DNA from: Desulfobacteraceae bacterium Eth-SRB1
Lineage (GTDB): Bacteria; Desulfobacterota; Desulfobacteria; Desulfobacterales; ETH-SRB1
Direction of reading: 5' to 3'
NCBI GenBank assembly: GCA_004193555.1
Contig: RPGP01000040.1
Span: 65,127 to 129,126, forward strand
Length of the DNA stretch: 64,000 nucleotides
The translations under genes were made by a program, and so were the position numbers. The notes under the pieces were generated by a model. The model ran no database searches and was not told the DNA's origin. It worked only from the letters and a program-made list of their open reading frames with translations. Below, piece after piece: positions 25,234 through 35,564 of the stretch; positions within the stretch are counted from its first letter, which is position 1, and each line of letters starts with the position of its first letter.

Positions 25234-25432
25234 GCATCAGCGGTTTAAGGTTTTTTCAGGAAGGAGATATCTTTATCATCTTGCACAGCCTTCCCTTAGT
25301 GACTCAATATTTATGATTTATATCACAAAAAGTTTATCATTTCCCCCGAAAGTAGCCAAATCATAAATATTGGGACACATTCCCGAGCATTGTTGATATC
25401 GACTGGATGAAAAAACCTTAAACCGCTGATGC
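25234..25432. repeat. Nested perfect palindromes (25-bp outer, 15-bp inner arms)
   Basis: GCATCAGCGGTTTAAGGTTTTTTCA (25234-25258) / TGAAAAAACCTTAAACCGCTGATGC (25408-25432). Inner CAATATTTATGATTT (25305-25319) / AAATCATAAATATTG (25358-25372). Confidence 0.9.
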
Positions 25433-25487
25433 GGAAAAGTCATAACAAATTTTAAAACAACTAAAATGTTATCAAAATTTAACTATA

Positions 25488-25615
25488 GATGGCTAAGTAA
25501 AAAGTTTCATATACAAGGCGTAGTGATTTTTCAGGATCGAAGGCATACATATAGTATGTTGAGAGTCTGAAAAATCACTGCAACGCAGTAGATGGGACTT
25601 TTTACGACGCCATCA
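25488..25615. repeat. TAAAAAGT-hairpin element with a different 90-bp insert, overlapping the leuB stop
   Basis: GATGGCTAAGTAAAAAGT ... GTGATTTTTCAG/CTGAAAAATCAC ... GACTTTTTACGACGCCATCA. The leuB TGA is the reverse complement of 25613-25615. Confidence 0.85.
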
Positions 25616-26686
25616 AAATTGTTCTGTCTCGATATACCCTTTTATTAAATCACCAACCTCTTTTGTCGTATATCCCATCCTTCCTGCCCCAACATCTTTC
25701 AGGTCATCACGCAGGACCTTTGCCACGCCCTTCTCTATCAATGCTGCGGCTTTGTTTTCACCGATTGTTTCCAACATAATCTGAGCCGCAAAAACGGCTG
25801 CAATAGGATTAATTACCTGTTTGCCGGTATACTTGGGAGCAGATCCGCCAATTGGTTCAAACATCGAAACACCGCCGGGATTAATGTTGCCTCCCGCAGC
25901 AATTCCCATGCCACCCTGTATCATTGCGGCCAGATCGGTTATTATATCTCCGAACATATTGTCTGTAACAATAACATCGAACCATTCCGGATTTTTTATC
26001 ATCCACATACAAACAGCATCGACGTGAGCATAATCTGTTTTAATGTCCGGGTACTCTTTTGCAACTTCATTAAAAGTGCGTTCCCACAGATCAAATGCAA
26101 AGGTCAACACATTGGTCTTTCCGCAAAGGGTCAACTTTTTGGCCTGGTTGCGCTTTCTGCAATATTCAAATGCATACCTGATACACCTTTCCACACCTTT
26201 ACGTGTATTTATCGATTCCTGTATCGCAACCTCATCAGGAGTCCCGCGCTTTAAGCATCCACCAGCGCCCACATAAAGGCCTTCTGTATTTTCACGTATT
26301 ACCACAAAGTCAATATCTTCAGGCAACTTGTTCTTTAAAGGTGTATTTACACCCACATATAATTTAACCGGCCTTAAATTAATATACTGATCAAAGTGAA
26401 ACCTGAGTTTTAAAAGGATGCCTTTTTCTAAAATGCCGGGCTTTACATCAGGATGGCCTATGGCGCCTAAGTATATCGCATCTGACAGGGCAAGCGACTC
26501 AAGCACTTTATCAGGCAGGATTTCTCCGGTTGCCCGGTAATGCTCGCCTCCTAAATTATAATGAGCAAAATTGATAACAAAACCGCACTTGTCCGCAACT
26601 GTTTCAAGAATCTTAATGCCTTCCGATATAACCTCAGGGCCTGTTCCATCACCTGGAATTACCGCAATAGAATATTCTTTTGTCAT
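25613..26686 (-). CDS. leuB: 3-isopropylmalate dehydrogenase
   Basis: 357 aa. [26 protein letters not shown] motifs. Confidence 0.9.
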   Translation of the reverse strand: MTKEYSIAVIPGDGTGPEVISEGIKILETVADKCGFVINFAHYNLGGEHYRATGEILPDKVLESLALSDAIYLGAIGHPDVKPGILEKGILLKLRFHFDQYINLRPVKLYVGVNTPLKNKLPEDIDFVVIRENTEGLYVGAGGCLKRGTPDEVAIQESINTRKGVERCIRYAFEYCRKRNQAKKLTLCGKTNVLTFAFDLWERTFNEVAKEYPDIKTDYAHVDAVCMWMIKNPEWFDVIVTDNMFGDIITDLAAMIQGGMGIAAGGNINPGGVSMFEPIGGSAPKYTGKQVINPIAAVFAAQIMLETIGENKAAALIEKGVAKVLRDDLKDVGAGRMGYTTKEVGDLIKGYIETEQF

Positions 26687-26743
26687 GATAATACAAAACC
26701 TCTTTGGATTGATGATTTATAATTGTTGGTTTATAATTTATGG

Positions 26744-26778
26744 AATCGCTGAGTTTATGCTGAGGAACCGAAGTGCTC
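26744..26778. repeat. 35-nt conserved block, copy 2
   Basis: AATCGCTGAGTTTATGCTGAGGAACCGAAGTGCTC, followed by T7. Confidence 0.85.
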
Positions 26779-26844
26779 TATTTTTTTCAACGCGCAACGC
26801 AAGCGCTTCCGCCGCGTGTCGACAATCATAAATCCTTGCTCCGA

Positions 26845-26868
26845 CTACTCCCTACTGCCTACTACTCT
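26845..26868. repeat. CTACTGC-word patch
   Basis: CTACTCCCTACTGCCTACTACTCTC, related to the 40429-40528 array. Confidence 0.6.
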
Positions 26869-26939
26869 CGCCTCTGAATTGGGCAGGCACATAGGCCAGC
26901 CCCTACTCTGGCCTATGACCTCTGATTTTCACTTCCTGA

Positions 26940-27725
26940 TTAAACTGTGTCCGACTTGTGTCTCTCTGTTTCGCTGGATTCGGCTTTTTCTTGTTTTATA
27001 ATCTTATGCAGCCGTATGGTGATGAATGGGCCTGAAATAACATAGGTGAGACCTAAAAGAAACAGGGTTATAGACGGCTGGGCGGCAATAAAGATCATTA
27101 TCAGAATTGTGGTGACAGCAACATTGAAATTGATTTTTTGAAAAGGCTCGGAACTCTTTTTAAAACTTTTATATCTTATAGTACTGACCATTAAAAAGGC
27201 AAGGATATAAAGCATTAAAAGAATTACCACAGGATTTACACTCTCCGCGATATTCAACCTGTGACAGAATAAAACAGTTGTCGCCGCCATGCCGGCTCCG
27301 GCCGGTATGGGAAGACCAACAAAATAATCACTGCTGACACTTCCTGCCTTTGTATTGAAACGCGCCAGGCGAAGGGCTCCGCATGTCATAAAAAGGAATG
27401 CTGCAAGCCAGCCAATTCTCCCCAGGGGTCTGAGAGTCCATAAATACACCATTAATCCGGGGGCAAGGCCAAAAGATATAAGATCTGCAAGAGAATCGTA
27501 CTCCAAACCGAATTTGCTTGATGTTTTGGTAGCCCTGGCGATCTTGCCATCTAACGTATCAAAGACAGCTGCAATTATTATAGCTATGGCCGCAGCAACA
27601 TATTTGCCGTCTATGGAAGCTATAATTGCATAAAAACCGCAAAAAATATTAAGAGATGTAAATATATTCGGCAAAATAAATATTCCGCGCTTAAGACTCT
27701 TTTTTTCAAATCTTTTACTTTTCAT
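26940..27725 (-). CDS. pssA: CDP-diacylglycerol--serine O-phosphatidyltransferase
   Basis: CDP-alcohol phosphatidyltransferase motif DTLDGKIAR-x8-G-x3-DSLAD. Polytopic. Confidence 0.9.
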   Translation of the reverse strand: MKSKRFEKKSLKRGIFILPNIFTSLNIFCGFYAIIASIDGKYVAAAIAIIIAAVFDTLDGKIARATKTSSKFGLEYDSLADLISFGLAPGLMVYLWTLRPLGRIGWLAAFLFMTCGALRLARFNTKAGSVSSDYFVGLPIPAGAGMAATTVLFCHRLNIAESVNPVVILLMLYILAFLMVSTIRYKSFKKSSEPFQKINFNVAVTTILIMIFIAAQPSITLFLLGLTYVISGPFITIRLHKIIKQEKAESSETERHKSDTV

Positions 27726-28393
27726 ATTAGATATCCCAAAATTGTTGTCCCTGCCTTTACAGTGTCGTTAATATTCACATTGAGTTTTGTATCGGCAGGC
27801 AAATATATATCCAGGCGTGAGCCAAAGCATATCATTCCAAAACGCTGCCCACGTACCGGCTTATCACCTTCATTAATATTGCAGATAATACGCCTGGCGA
27901 TTAGACCCGCTATCTGCACAACACATATTTTTTCTCCCTTTTCCGTCTCAATAAAAACCGCATTTCGTTCATTATCCACCGAAGCCTTATTTAAATCCGC
28001 GGGAAAAAACTTACCCGGATAATAACTGATCTTTTTTACTTCGCCTTCATGCGGGATGCGATTTACATGAACATTAAAAATCGACATGAAGACACTTATC
28101 TTCAGGCATGTGCCCTCATAATAAGGATTTTTGTCCACAGTGCCCGCGCCAACGACCTTGCCGTCGGCCGGTGACACAACAGCGCCGTCCGCATTGGGAA
28201 CGACCCTGTCCGGATCTCGAAAAAAATAGCACATAAAAAATGTAACCGCAAGCCCTGCAATAGTTAGAACAGTTAATCCTAAAAGAGCAAATATCAGGGT
28301 TGTAAAGGCTGAAATAAATATAAAAGCATAACCTGGCTTTGCCACAGGATATGCCGTTTGAGCCGATTGTTCCGGCCAGAAAAATTTGTTCAT
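27722..28393 (-). CDS. psd: Phosphatidylserine decarboxylase proenzyme (short form)
   Basis: FGSRL self-cleavage motif. 4-nt overlap with pssA. Confidence 0.9.
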   Translation of the reverse strand: MNKFFWPEQSAQTAYPVAKPGYAFIFISAFTTLIFALLGLTVLTIAGLAVTFFMCYFFRDPDRVVPNADGAVVSPADGKVVGAGTVDKNPYYEGTCLKISVFMSIFNVHVNRIPHEGEVKKISYYPGKFFPADLNKASVDNERNAVFIETEKGEKICVVQIAGLIARRIICNINEGDKPVRGQRFGMICFGSRLDIYLPADTKLNVNINDTVKAGTTILGYLI

Positions 28394-28544
28394 AAAGTTA
28401 TTCCCAAAAAAAATATTTCTAAAAACCTGAATAGTGTCTGAACGAAAACCTTTTTTTTTCGTTCAGTCGTTTAGATCCTAAATAAATATTTATATCATCA
28501 TTTATATAAACTATCAAATTAAAAAAGGGTGGTTTAATTTTTCC

Positions 28545-29240
28545 TTATAATTCCGGCTGATTAGAAAGTTCCGCATAAGATTTTCTGATATACCGTGGCA
28601 CAAACATGCCGATATCATCGAAATCATTTTTTTCAAATCTATCCATGCTGATGCAGGCAACGGTTGAAGCACGGATAATATTTTGACAGGGCAAAGCAAA
28701 ATACGCCTTATCACCCATAATGTCTGTAATAATTTTTTTATAAATTAAAGCTCCATCTCCAGCAAATATGCACGGCTCATTAATATCACAGACTGCCCGG
28801 GCAGGCGGAAGGACATCTTCATCAATCTCCTTTTTCAATATCCCGTGGTCAACCCTGTAACGAGAACAATAGACTTCCCCTCTACGCGCATCTAAAAAAG
28901 GACAGATTAGATATGGCGAAAATAAATTCTGCCTTGCAAGAGCATCAAGGCTTGACACACCTATAACCGGTTTGCGGTTGGCCAAAGCAAGCCCTTTTAT
29001 TATGCTTATTCCTATTCGCAAACCTGTAAAACTTCCAGGCCCTCTTGTAACGGCGAATCCGTCAAGATCAGAGAGAGTAATGCCGGATAAACCAATTGCT
29101 GTATTGATCATCTCCATCAGGTGTTTTGAATGCGTTTCTTTACTGGATATATTCAGCTCGGCAAGCAACGATTCTTTGTCAACAATGGCAACGCTACAGC
29201 TTTTTGTAGCCGTATCAACAGCAAGTATTTTCATGTTCAA
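28545..29240 (-). CDS. tsaB: tRNA t6A37 complex dimerisation subunit TsaB
   Basis: MKILAVDTATKSCSVAI...GPGSFTGLRIG. Confidence 0.9.
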   Translation of the reverse strand: MNMKILAVDTATKSCSVAIVDKESLLAELNISSKETHSKHLMEMINTAIGLSGITLSDLDGFAVTRGPGSFTGLRIGISIIKGLALANRKPVIGVSSLDALARQNLFSPYLICPFLDARRGEVYCSRYRVDHGILKKEIDEDVLPPARAVCDINEPCIFAGDGALIYKKIITDIMGDKAYFALPCQNIIRASTVACISMDRFEKNDFDDIGMFVPRYIRKSYAELSNQPEL

Positions 29241-29262
29241 ACTTTGTAAAAACTATTTATAA

Positions 29263-29305
29263 GGGTTCACAGTTCACGGTTCTCCGACTTCTGACTCCTG
29301 ACTTC
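29263..29305. repeat. Drifting heptamer array overlapping the lon 3' end
   Basis: GGGTTCA CAGTTCA CGGTTCT CCGACTT CTGACTC CTGACTT, in perfect 7-nt phase. Confidence 0.85.
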
Positions 29306-31679
29306 TTTCTTTTTCCATTGCAACTGTCAAGACTTCATCCATACGCTTTACAGGAATGAATTTGATTTTCCGTTTTATATTCCTGGGAATCTCTGTCAGG
29401 TCCTTTTTATTTTTCTCAGGGATGATTATTGTCCGGATTCCGGCCCTTAGAGCGCCCAGGGCTTTTTCCTTTAAACCACCAACAGGAAGAACCCTCCCCC
29501 TGAGGGTAATCTCACCTGTCATGGCGACATCTTTACAAATCGGCTTATTCGTCAAGACAGAAATAAGGGCTGTAGCCATTGCAATGCCTGCTGATGGGCC
29601 ATCCTTAGGAATTGCTCCCGCAGGAACATGTATATGAATGTCAGTATTTTCAAAGAAGTTATCTTCAACACCAAATGAACCAAGATTTGCCCTGGCATAA
29701 CTTACAGCCGCACGAGCAGACTCCTGCATAACATCACCTAACTGGCCTGTTATGATCAGCTCACCCTTGCCTTTAATAAAAGATGCCTCAACATACAAAA
29801 CTTCACCACCGGCCTGCGTCCAGGCAAGTCCTGTAGACAAACCAATCTGGCTTTCTTCCTGATCCATTTCAGGATAATATTTTGGGACGCCCATGTACTT
29901 TTGCAGATTGTTTCTTGTAATATGGAAAGGCCCTTTTTCTCCTTCAGCAATTTTACGGGCCACTTTGCGGCATATCCTTCCTATCTCCCGTTCAAGGTTT
30001 CTTAAACCCGCTTCAGATGTGTATTGATTTATTAACTGAAGCAATGTCCCATCACTGATGGTCGTGGTTTTCGATTTTAAACCATTCTCCTTGATCTGGC
30101 GTGGTAAAAGATAAGTTCGGGCAATAACCTTCTTTTCCTCCTCTGTATATCCGGAAAGTGTAATTACTTCCATCCTGTCTAACAGGGCCGACGGAATAGT
30201 ATCTGTCAAATTGGCCGTGAGTATAAACATAACCTTTGAAAGATCAAACGGCAGGTTTATATAGTGGTCGCTAAACTCAAAGTTTTGTTCCGGATCAAGG
30301 GCCTCCAGCAGGGCTGAAGAAGGATCACCGCGAAAATCGGACCCAAGCTTGTCAATTTCATCCATCATAAACACAGGATTGTTTGTGCCGCACTGTTTCA
30401 AGCCCTGTAATATTCGGCCGGGCAGAGCTCCGATATAGGTGCGTCTATGCCCCCTTATTTCTGCTTCATCTCGTATACCGCCCAAAGAAATACGGACAAA
30501 CTTGCGATTCATAGCGCTCGCAATAGACCTGCCGAGTGATGTCTTTCCCACGCCTGGAGGACCGACAAAACAAAGAATCGACCCTTTTGTCTTGGGGTTC
30601 AGCTTACGAACACTTAAATATTCCAGTATTCGATCCTTCACAATATTAAGATTATAATGATCCCTGTCTAATATTTTTTTTGCGCTCTTAATATTGATGG
30701 TTTCCTTTGTCATTTTACTCCACGGCAGATCCACAAGCCAATCCAGATATGTCCTCACAACCGAAGCTTCCGCAGAATCAGGATGCATCTGTTCCAGACG
30801 CTTCAACTGCTTTTGCCCCTCTTTATTTGCTTCCTTTGACATTTTAGCTCGTTTTATCCTGTTTTTATAATCTGCTATCTCCTGCGTTTTTTCATCCTGC
30901 TCGCCCAATTCCTTATGGATAGCCCTGACCTGTTCCCTGAGAAAGTAGTCGCGCTGGGTTTTGGATATTTCATCCCTGACATCGGACTGTATCTTTGCCT
31001 GTATCGATGAGAGCTCCACTTCACGACAAAGCATATCATTAACCTTTTTTAGTCGCTTTACAGGATCGACAGACTCAAGCAAGGCCTGGGATTCGTTGAG
31101 CTTCAGTTTAAGATTCGAAGCTACGAGATCGGCTAATTTGCCGGGATCGTTAATGTTTTCTAAAATACTGCCTACCTCTCCGGTCAATTCCCCCCGAAGA
31201 GCCAGAATTTTCTCGGAATACTCCCTCACACTCCGCATTATTGCCTCGATTTCAATATCGACCTTTTTAACAGGGTTTTCAAAAATAGTTTCAATCTTTA
31301 CAATGTAAAACGCTCTCTTCCGTACATATTTAAGTATTCTTGCCTTAACAATACCCTGCACAAGGGCCTTAACACTGCCATCAGGAAGCTTTAACATACG
31401 CAGAATCCTGCCTATGGTTCCGACTCTGTATATTTCATCAGCCCCGGGATTTTCAAGGCCTGAATCCTTTTGGGTGGCTAACATTATATAGCTGTCCTTT
31501 GTTACAGCCGCTTCCACTGCGCGAACAGATTTTTCACGTCCGACAAAAAGCGGAAGAAGCATGTCGGTAAAAATCACAACATCCCGCACAGGCATTAAGG
31601 GAAGAATACTTGGGATATCAGTATTATTCTCATTTTTTTCAATAATGCTAATCAGGTCATTTTTATCAGTTTCCGCCAT
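29274..31679 (-). CDS. lon: ATP-dependent Lon protease
   Basis: 801 aa. LON N-domain, AAA+ GPPGVGKTS and protease PKDGPSAG. The last 11 codons are encoded by heptamer repeats. Confidence 0.97.
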   Translation of the reverse strand: MAETDKNDLISIIEKNENNTDIPSILPLMPVRDVVIFTDMLLPLFVGREKSVRAVEAAVTKDSYIMLATQKDSGLENPGADEIYRVGTIGRILRMLKLPDGSVKALVQGIVKARILKYVRKRAFYIVKIETIFENPVKKVDIEIEAIMRSVREYSEKILALRGELTGEVGSILENINDPGKLADLVASNLKLKLNESQALLESVDPVKRLKKVNDMLCREVELSSIQAKIQSDVRDEISKTQRDYFLREQVRAIHKELGEQDEKTQEIADYKNRIKRAKMSKEANKEGQKQLKRLEQMHPDSAEASVVRTYLDWLVDLPWSKMTKETINIKSAKKILDRDHYNLNIVKDRILEYLSVRKLNPKTKGSILCFVGPPGVGKTSLGRSIASAMNRKFVRISLGGIRDEAEIRGHRRTYIGALPGRILQGLKQCGTNNPVFMMDEIDKLGSDFRGDPSSALLEALDPEQNFEFSDHYINLPFDLSKVMFILTANLTDTIPSALLDRMEVITLSGYTEEEKKVIARTYLLPRQIKENGLKSKTTTISDGTLLQLINQYTSEAGLRNLEREIGRICRKVARKIAEGEKGPFHITRNNLQKYMGVPKYYPEMDQEESQIGLSTGLAWTQAGGEVLYVEASFIKGKGELIITGQLGDVMQESARAAVSYARANLGSFGVEDNFFENTDIHIHVPAGAIPKDGPSAGIAMATALISVLTNKPICKDVAMTGEITLRGRVLPVGGLKEKALGALRAGIRTIIIPEKNKKDLTEIPRNIKRKIKFIPVKRMDEVLTVAMEKERSQESEVGEP

Positions 31680-31765
31680 TGTGTCTCCAGTTTTGTTCTT
31701 TTATAGTTTCAGTAGATTAAACATGTGTAAGCGTTCACTAAACGTTTTTTGTTCCACTCTCCCTA

Positions 31766-31804
31766 ATTTCTACTTTCCGATTTCAAGTTTCAAGCCGTGA
31801 ACGG
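31766..31804 (-). repeat. 39-nt unit, copy 2 (in the predicted lon 5' UTR)
   Basis: Reverse complement CCGTTCACGGCTTGAAACTTGAAATCGGAAAGTAGAAAT. Confidence 0.9.
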
Positions 31805-31817
31805 CTGCAAACATATT

Positions 31818-31871
31818 ATTATAAGGCTTAATTTGTCTTTGACAATATCACTATTGACAGTTTTGTCAAAG
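31818..31871 (-). promoter_or_regulatory. Sigma70-like promoter with overlapping palindrome upstream of lon
   Basis: Minus strand: TTGTCA (31845-31840), 16-nt spacer, TATAAT (31823-31818). A 9-bp inverted repeat CTTTGACAA/TTGTCAAAG (31837-31845 / 31863-31871) overlaps the -35. Confidence 0.35.
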
Positions 31872-31972
31872 CCCATTTGCCAACCCGCTGTCTTAATTAT
31901 TCATAATGATTCGCAAAAGTATGTTTTTATCAGCTTATCAGGCTTGATTTTTATATTAAACACATCTATATT

Positions 31973-32124
31973 TGATGAATTTATAAAAAGTTGAATTCAT
32001 CAAGTGTTAGGTGTTAGGTGTTAAGATAAAACATTTAATTGTCATATCAAGCTCTTAACACTTAACACCTAACACTTAACACGTTTCGTAAAAAGTGGTT
32101 TTTCGACTTTTTACGAGACCATCA
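31973..32124. repeat. Composite: TAAAAAGT-type palindrome + GGTGTTA-word palindrome + TAAAAAGT hairpin
   Basis: TGATGAATTTATAAAAAGTTGAATTCATCA. GTGTTAGGTGTTAGGTGTTAAG...CTTAACACTTAACACCTAACACTTAACAC. CGTAAAAAGTGGTTTTTCGACTTTTTACGAGACCATCA. Confidence 0.9.
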
Positions 32125-32153
32125 TCTTGATTTAACAGATAATTTGAAATTTT

Positions 32154-32933
32154 ATGTTTAATCACTTCATTGAAATAATAATTTTTATATTCGGCATGTG
32201 TGCAGGAAGCTTTGCTAATGTATGTATATACAGGCTGCCTCTTTCAAAATCAATTATTGACCCTCCGCGTTCATTCTGTCCAAATTGCAAAGCAATGATT
32301 CGATTCTATGACAACATTCCTGTTTTAAGCTATCTATGGCTTAAGGCGCGATGCCGCAATTGCAGCCAGCCGATACCTTTTCGATATCCACTGGTTGAAA
32401 TAATTTGCGGCTCTTTTGCTCTTGGCGCTTTTCTCAAGTTCGGGTTTTCATTTGAATGCCTGATTTACTTTGTCTTTATTACATCTCTGATTATAATAAC
32501 CTTTATTGATATTTATCACCAGATAATACCTGATGTTATCACACTTCCCGGCATACCGATCAGCTTCCTTGCATCCTTTGTACTGCCATCACTAACTTAC
32601 AAGGACTCCCTGCTGGGTCTGCTGGCCGGAGGCGGGAGTCTCCTGATCATTGGATGGATATATTATCTGATTAAAAAGGTTGAAGGAATGGGGGGGGGCG
32701 ATATCAAACTTCTGGCCATGATCGGAGCAATATTAGGATGGAAAGGAGTTCTCTCTACTGTTTTTATCGCATCTGTTACCGGCACATTGGTGGGAATTAT
32801 CATCATGATGCGCACACAAAAGGATATGAAAGTGCCTGTTCCTTTTGGACCGTTTCTATCAACAGGCGCCATTATATATATCTTTTTCGGCCAGGATCTA
32901 ATAACCTGGTATTTTGGTCTGCTCAGAATATAG
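32154..32933 (+). CDS. pilD: Prepilin peptidase (A24 family)
   Basis: N-terminal Cys-rich DiS-P-DiS region (CPNC..CRNC) and a polytopic A24 domain with GGGDIKLLAMIG. Confidence 0.9.
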   Translation: MFNHFIEIIIFIFGMCAGSFANVCIYRLPLSKSIIDPPRSFCPNCKAMIRFYDNIPVLSYLWLKARCRNCSQPIPFRYPLVEIICGSFALGAFLKFGFSFECLIYFVFITSLIIITFIDIYHQIIPDVITLPGIPISFLASFVLPSLTYKDSLLGLLAGGGSLLIIGWIYYLIKKVEGMGGGDIKLLAMIGAILGWKGVLSTVFIASVTGTLVGIIIMMRTQKDMKVPVPFGPFLSTGAIIYIFFGQDLITWYFGLLRI

Positions 32934-33104
32934 CAACCAGCAGGATTTTCAAACAATTTAACTAATGCCTGAACAAAAAATCCGGTTTTTGGCAGGCGCC
33001 ACTCCAAATTATAGTAAAACCTTTACTTAACAGCTTTTCTCTGTTATTTCTTTTTTTTGGTTTGCCAGAAGATATATGGTGAGGGTAATTCGTAGGAGAC
33101 AGAC

Positions 33105-34334
33105 ATGAATAAAAAGTATAAATTCTTCATTGTTGGCGACGACAGGATTTTTATCAAGACGCTGGTCAAGTTTCTTAAGGCAGAAGGCCAAACAGTTTTA
33201 TTCAACGAATCCAGCGTCGGGGCGCTGCCGGAAATTATCGAGCAGAAACCGGATTGTGTTCTTCTGGACATGATGATGCCCGAAATGGACGGCCTGGAAT
33301 TTTTAAAACAGCTTCGCAGCAAACCTGATCTGGATGCGACAAAAATAGTTATTATATCGGAGAAATCCTATAAATTCGACCGTAAACGCGCCTTTGAGTT
33401 TGGGGCCAACGGCTATATTACCAAACCGATCGATTCTCAAGAAATCGCCTCCCAGTTACAACGGATAATTCTGGACAGTATTGAACTTACATTCTGGGGC
33501 GTACACGGCACACTGCCTGTTCCTGGCAATACAACTGTAAAATATGGAGGAAACACATCCTGCGTCTCGCTTGAATTCTCAAAAGGCAACTTTTTCATAT
33601 TCGACTCAGGAACCGGTATAAAGGTACTCTCAGACCATCTGATGGCGGAAAAGCGGCAGTTCATGGAGGCAAAAATATTTATCTCACATCCGCACTGGGA
33701 TCATATCAACGCCCTGCCCTTTTTTGTTCCACTTTATATTCCCGGCAACGATTTTGAGATCTGCGGCCCGGCACAGGGCGATATCACAGTACACGACCTG
33801 ATCTCCCGGCAGATGGACGGAGTGTACTTTCCAATCAAAATAAAGGAATTCGGCGCAGGTGTCCATTTCCGTGATTTAAAGGAAGAAGAGTTTGATATTG
33901 ACGGTATTAAGATAAAAACAATGCTTCTGAATCATCCGGGCTACTGCTTAGGATACCGTGTTAAATACAAAGACAGGGTTGTCTGTTATATCACCGACAA
34001 TGAACTCTATCCGGAATCCAGCCAGTTTTATAACGAGCACTATCTGAACCGGCTTACAGAATTTGTAATGGATGCCGATGCCCTTATTACCGACTGCACA
34101 TACACCGATAAAGAATATGAAAGCAAAATAGGGTGGGGACATTCCTCAATCAGCCAAGTAGTGGGTCTGGCTCACAGGGCCGGTGTAAAAACGCTCTATC
34201 TGTTTCACCATGACCTCAATCAGGCAGATACTGACATCGATGCCAAGCTGGAAACAGCCCAAGCTCTGTTGAAAGAAAAGGGTTCCTCAACTATATGCAT
34301 TGCGCCAAAGGAAAAGGAACTTTTCAAGATATAA
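33105..34334 (+). CDS. Response-regulator receiver fused to a metallo-beta-lactamase-fold hydrolase
   Basis: REC domain (DCVLLDMMMPEMDG..KP), then an MBL motif SHPHWDH and downstream His/Asp ligands. Confidence 0.8.
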   Translation: MNKKYKFFIVGDDRIFIKTLVKFLKAEGQTVLFNESSVGALPEIIEQKPDCVLLDMMMPEMDGLEFLKQLRSKPDLDATKIVIISEKSYKFDRKRAFEFGANGYITKPIDSQEIASQLQRIILDSIELTFWGVHGTLPVPGNTTVKYGGNTSCVSLEFSKGNFFIFDSGTGIKVLSDHLMAEKRQFMEAKIFISHPHWDHINALPFFVPLYIPGNDFEICGPAQGDITVHDLISRQMDGVYFPIKIKEFGAGVHFRDLKEEEFDIDGIKIKTMLLNHPGYCLGYRVKYKDRVVCYITDNELYPESSQFYNEHYLNRLTEFVMDADALITDCTYTDKEYESKIGWGHSSISQVVGLAHRAGVKTLYLFHHDLNQADTDIDAKLETAQALLKEKGSSTICIAPKEKELFKI

Positions 34335-34410
34335 AAAAATACTTCTCCATCTTTTAACCACTTCCCTGAATGCAGTTCAGACAAAAAATTTTTAAGAACG
34401 CTTATGGGAG

Positions 34411-35295
34411 TCAGGTGGTAAGCCACGAATCAGAATACAAGACCTTGCCCATAAGAACACGTGTTGTCTTATAGTATTCCAGTTCAGCCTGTTCCAGGCA
34501 GTCAGGATCAGGTTCATCGCCATCCATGATGCTGTGAACTAATTTAACATATTCGGGTCTGTCCCCCCTGACAATCTTAAACAGTTCAGCGTCAAATCCA
34601 TCCATAATTGCCGAATAGATTCCATGCTTCATCAGCATTATCATAAAGGTGCGGTTAAGATAGTGGCGGAGATTGTTGGGGGCGCCATTAGAAACATTGG
34701 AAAGCCCGACAATCGATTTAGCTTCAGGCGCAATTTCCCGCAGCATACTCATAAATTCCAGAGCAGCCGTAACCTGATTAACATCAACACATATCGGAGT
34801 AATGATGGGATCAATCCAGATACTGGAAGCAGGAATCCCGGCTTCATTTGCCTGGTAAATAAAATCAACTGCCATAGCGGCCCGCTCATTGGCGTCCCTC
34901 GGCATACCGTCTTTACCCCACAAAAGCCCTATCACGTCAGCCTTATATTTCATGACCATCGGAAGCCCTTTTTCCAGACGCTCCGGCTGAAGTGAAACGG
35001 AATTTATCAATGATCTTCCTTTTTTATTTGCTGTTAATCCCGCTTCTATTGCATCCTGATTGGTTGTGTCAAGCGAAAGCGGAAGATCTGTAAACTTTCG
35101 AACAGTATTGACCAGCCATTCCATTATCCTGTCTCCATCCTTTCTGGCAGGCCCGATATTAAGATCAAGATAATCAGCGCCGTTCTCCGTGAGGGCCGCA
35201 GCCATTTTCTGAATAGGCGCAGGATTTTTCTCCTTTATGGCAGCGCCGGAGGTTTTCGACATGATATTAATATTTTCCGCAATACAGACTGTCAT
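34411..35295 (-). CDS. acsE: Methyltetrahydrofolate:corrinoid/iron-sulfur protein methyltransferase
   Basis: Pterin-binding TIM-barrel protein (ENINIMSK..GADYLDLNIGP). Last gene of the acs cluster. Confidence 0.85.
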   Translation of the reverse strand: MTVCIAENINIMSKTSGAAIKEKNPAPIQKMAAALTENGADYLDLNIGPARKDGDRIMEWLVNTVRKFTDLPLSLDTTNQDAIEAGLTANKKGRSLINSVSLQPERLEKGLPMVMKYKADVIGLLWGKDGMPRDANERAAMAVDFIYQANEAGIPASSIWIDPIITPICVDVNQVTAALEFMSMLREIAPEAKSIVGLSNVSNGAPNNLRHYLNRTFMIMLMKHGIYSAIMDGFDAELFKIVRGDRPEYVKLVHSIMDGDEPDPDCLEQAELEYYKTTRVLMGKVLYSDSWLTT

Positions 35296-35315
35296 AGGGA
35301 ACCTCCGGTTCGTTC

Positions 35316-35564
35316 AGTGCCTAAAGTATATTAAAGTGCCTAAAATGCCTAAAGTTAAGGAATGCGCCTTCGGCACTGCTGATTTTAAGTTTTACCATAC
35401 AAGTTAGCCACTTGAAACCTAACGTACAAGCGTGTCATGTCTGTGTATTGTGCCGACAAAAAGGAGTTTGTAAAGCTCGGTAGCATTGAGGTTGTCAATT
35501 AGCTCGCCGAAGGCGTACCACAACTTTAGGCATTTTAGGCACTTTAGCTCACTTTAGGCACTTA
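35316..35564 (-). repeat. GCCTAAAGT-family palindromic element, copy 2 (acsC-acsE gap, inverted)
   Basis: Both termini match copy 3 in reverse orientation. The terminal TAAGTGCC supplies the acsC stop codon (35564-35562). Confidence 0.9.

Noticed and set aside
31766-31804. Reading the doubled CTTGAAA in the 39-nt unit as a sigma32 -35 box upstream of lon.
   Set aside because: No CCCCAT-like -10 lies at 13-15 nt in any copy. The same unit also precedes non-heat-shock genes.
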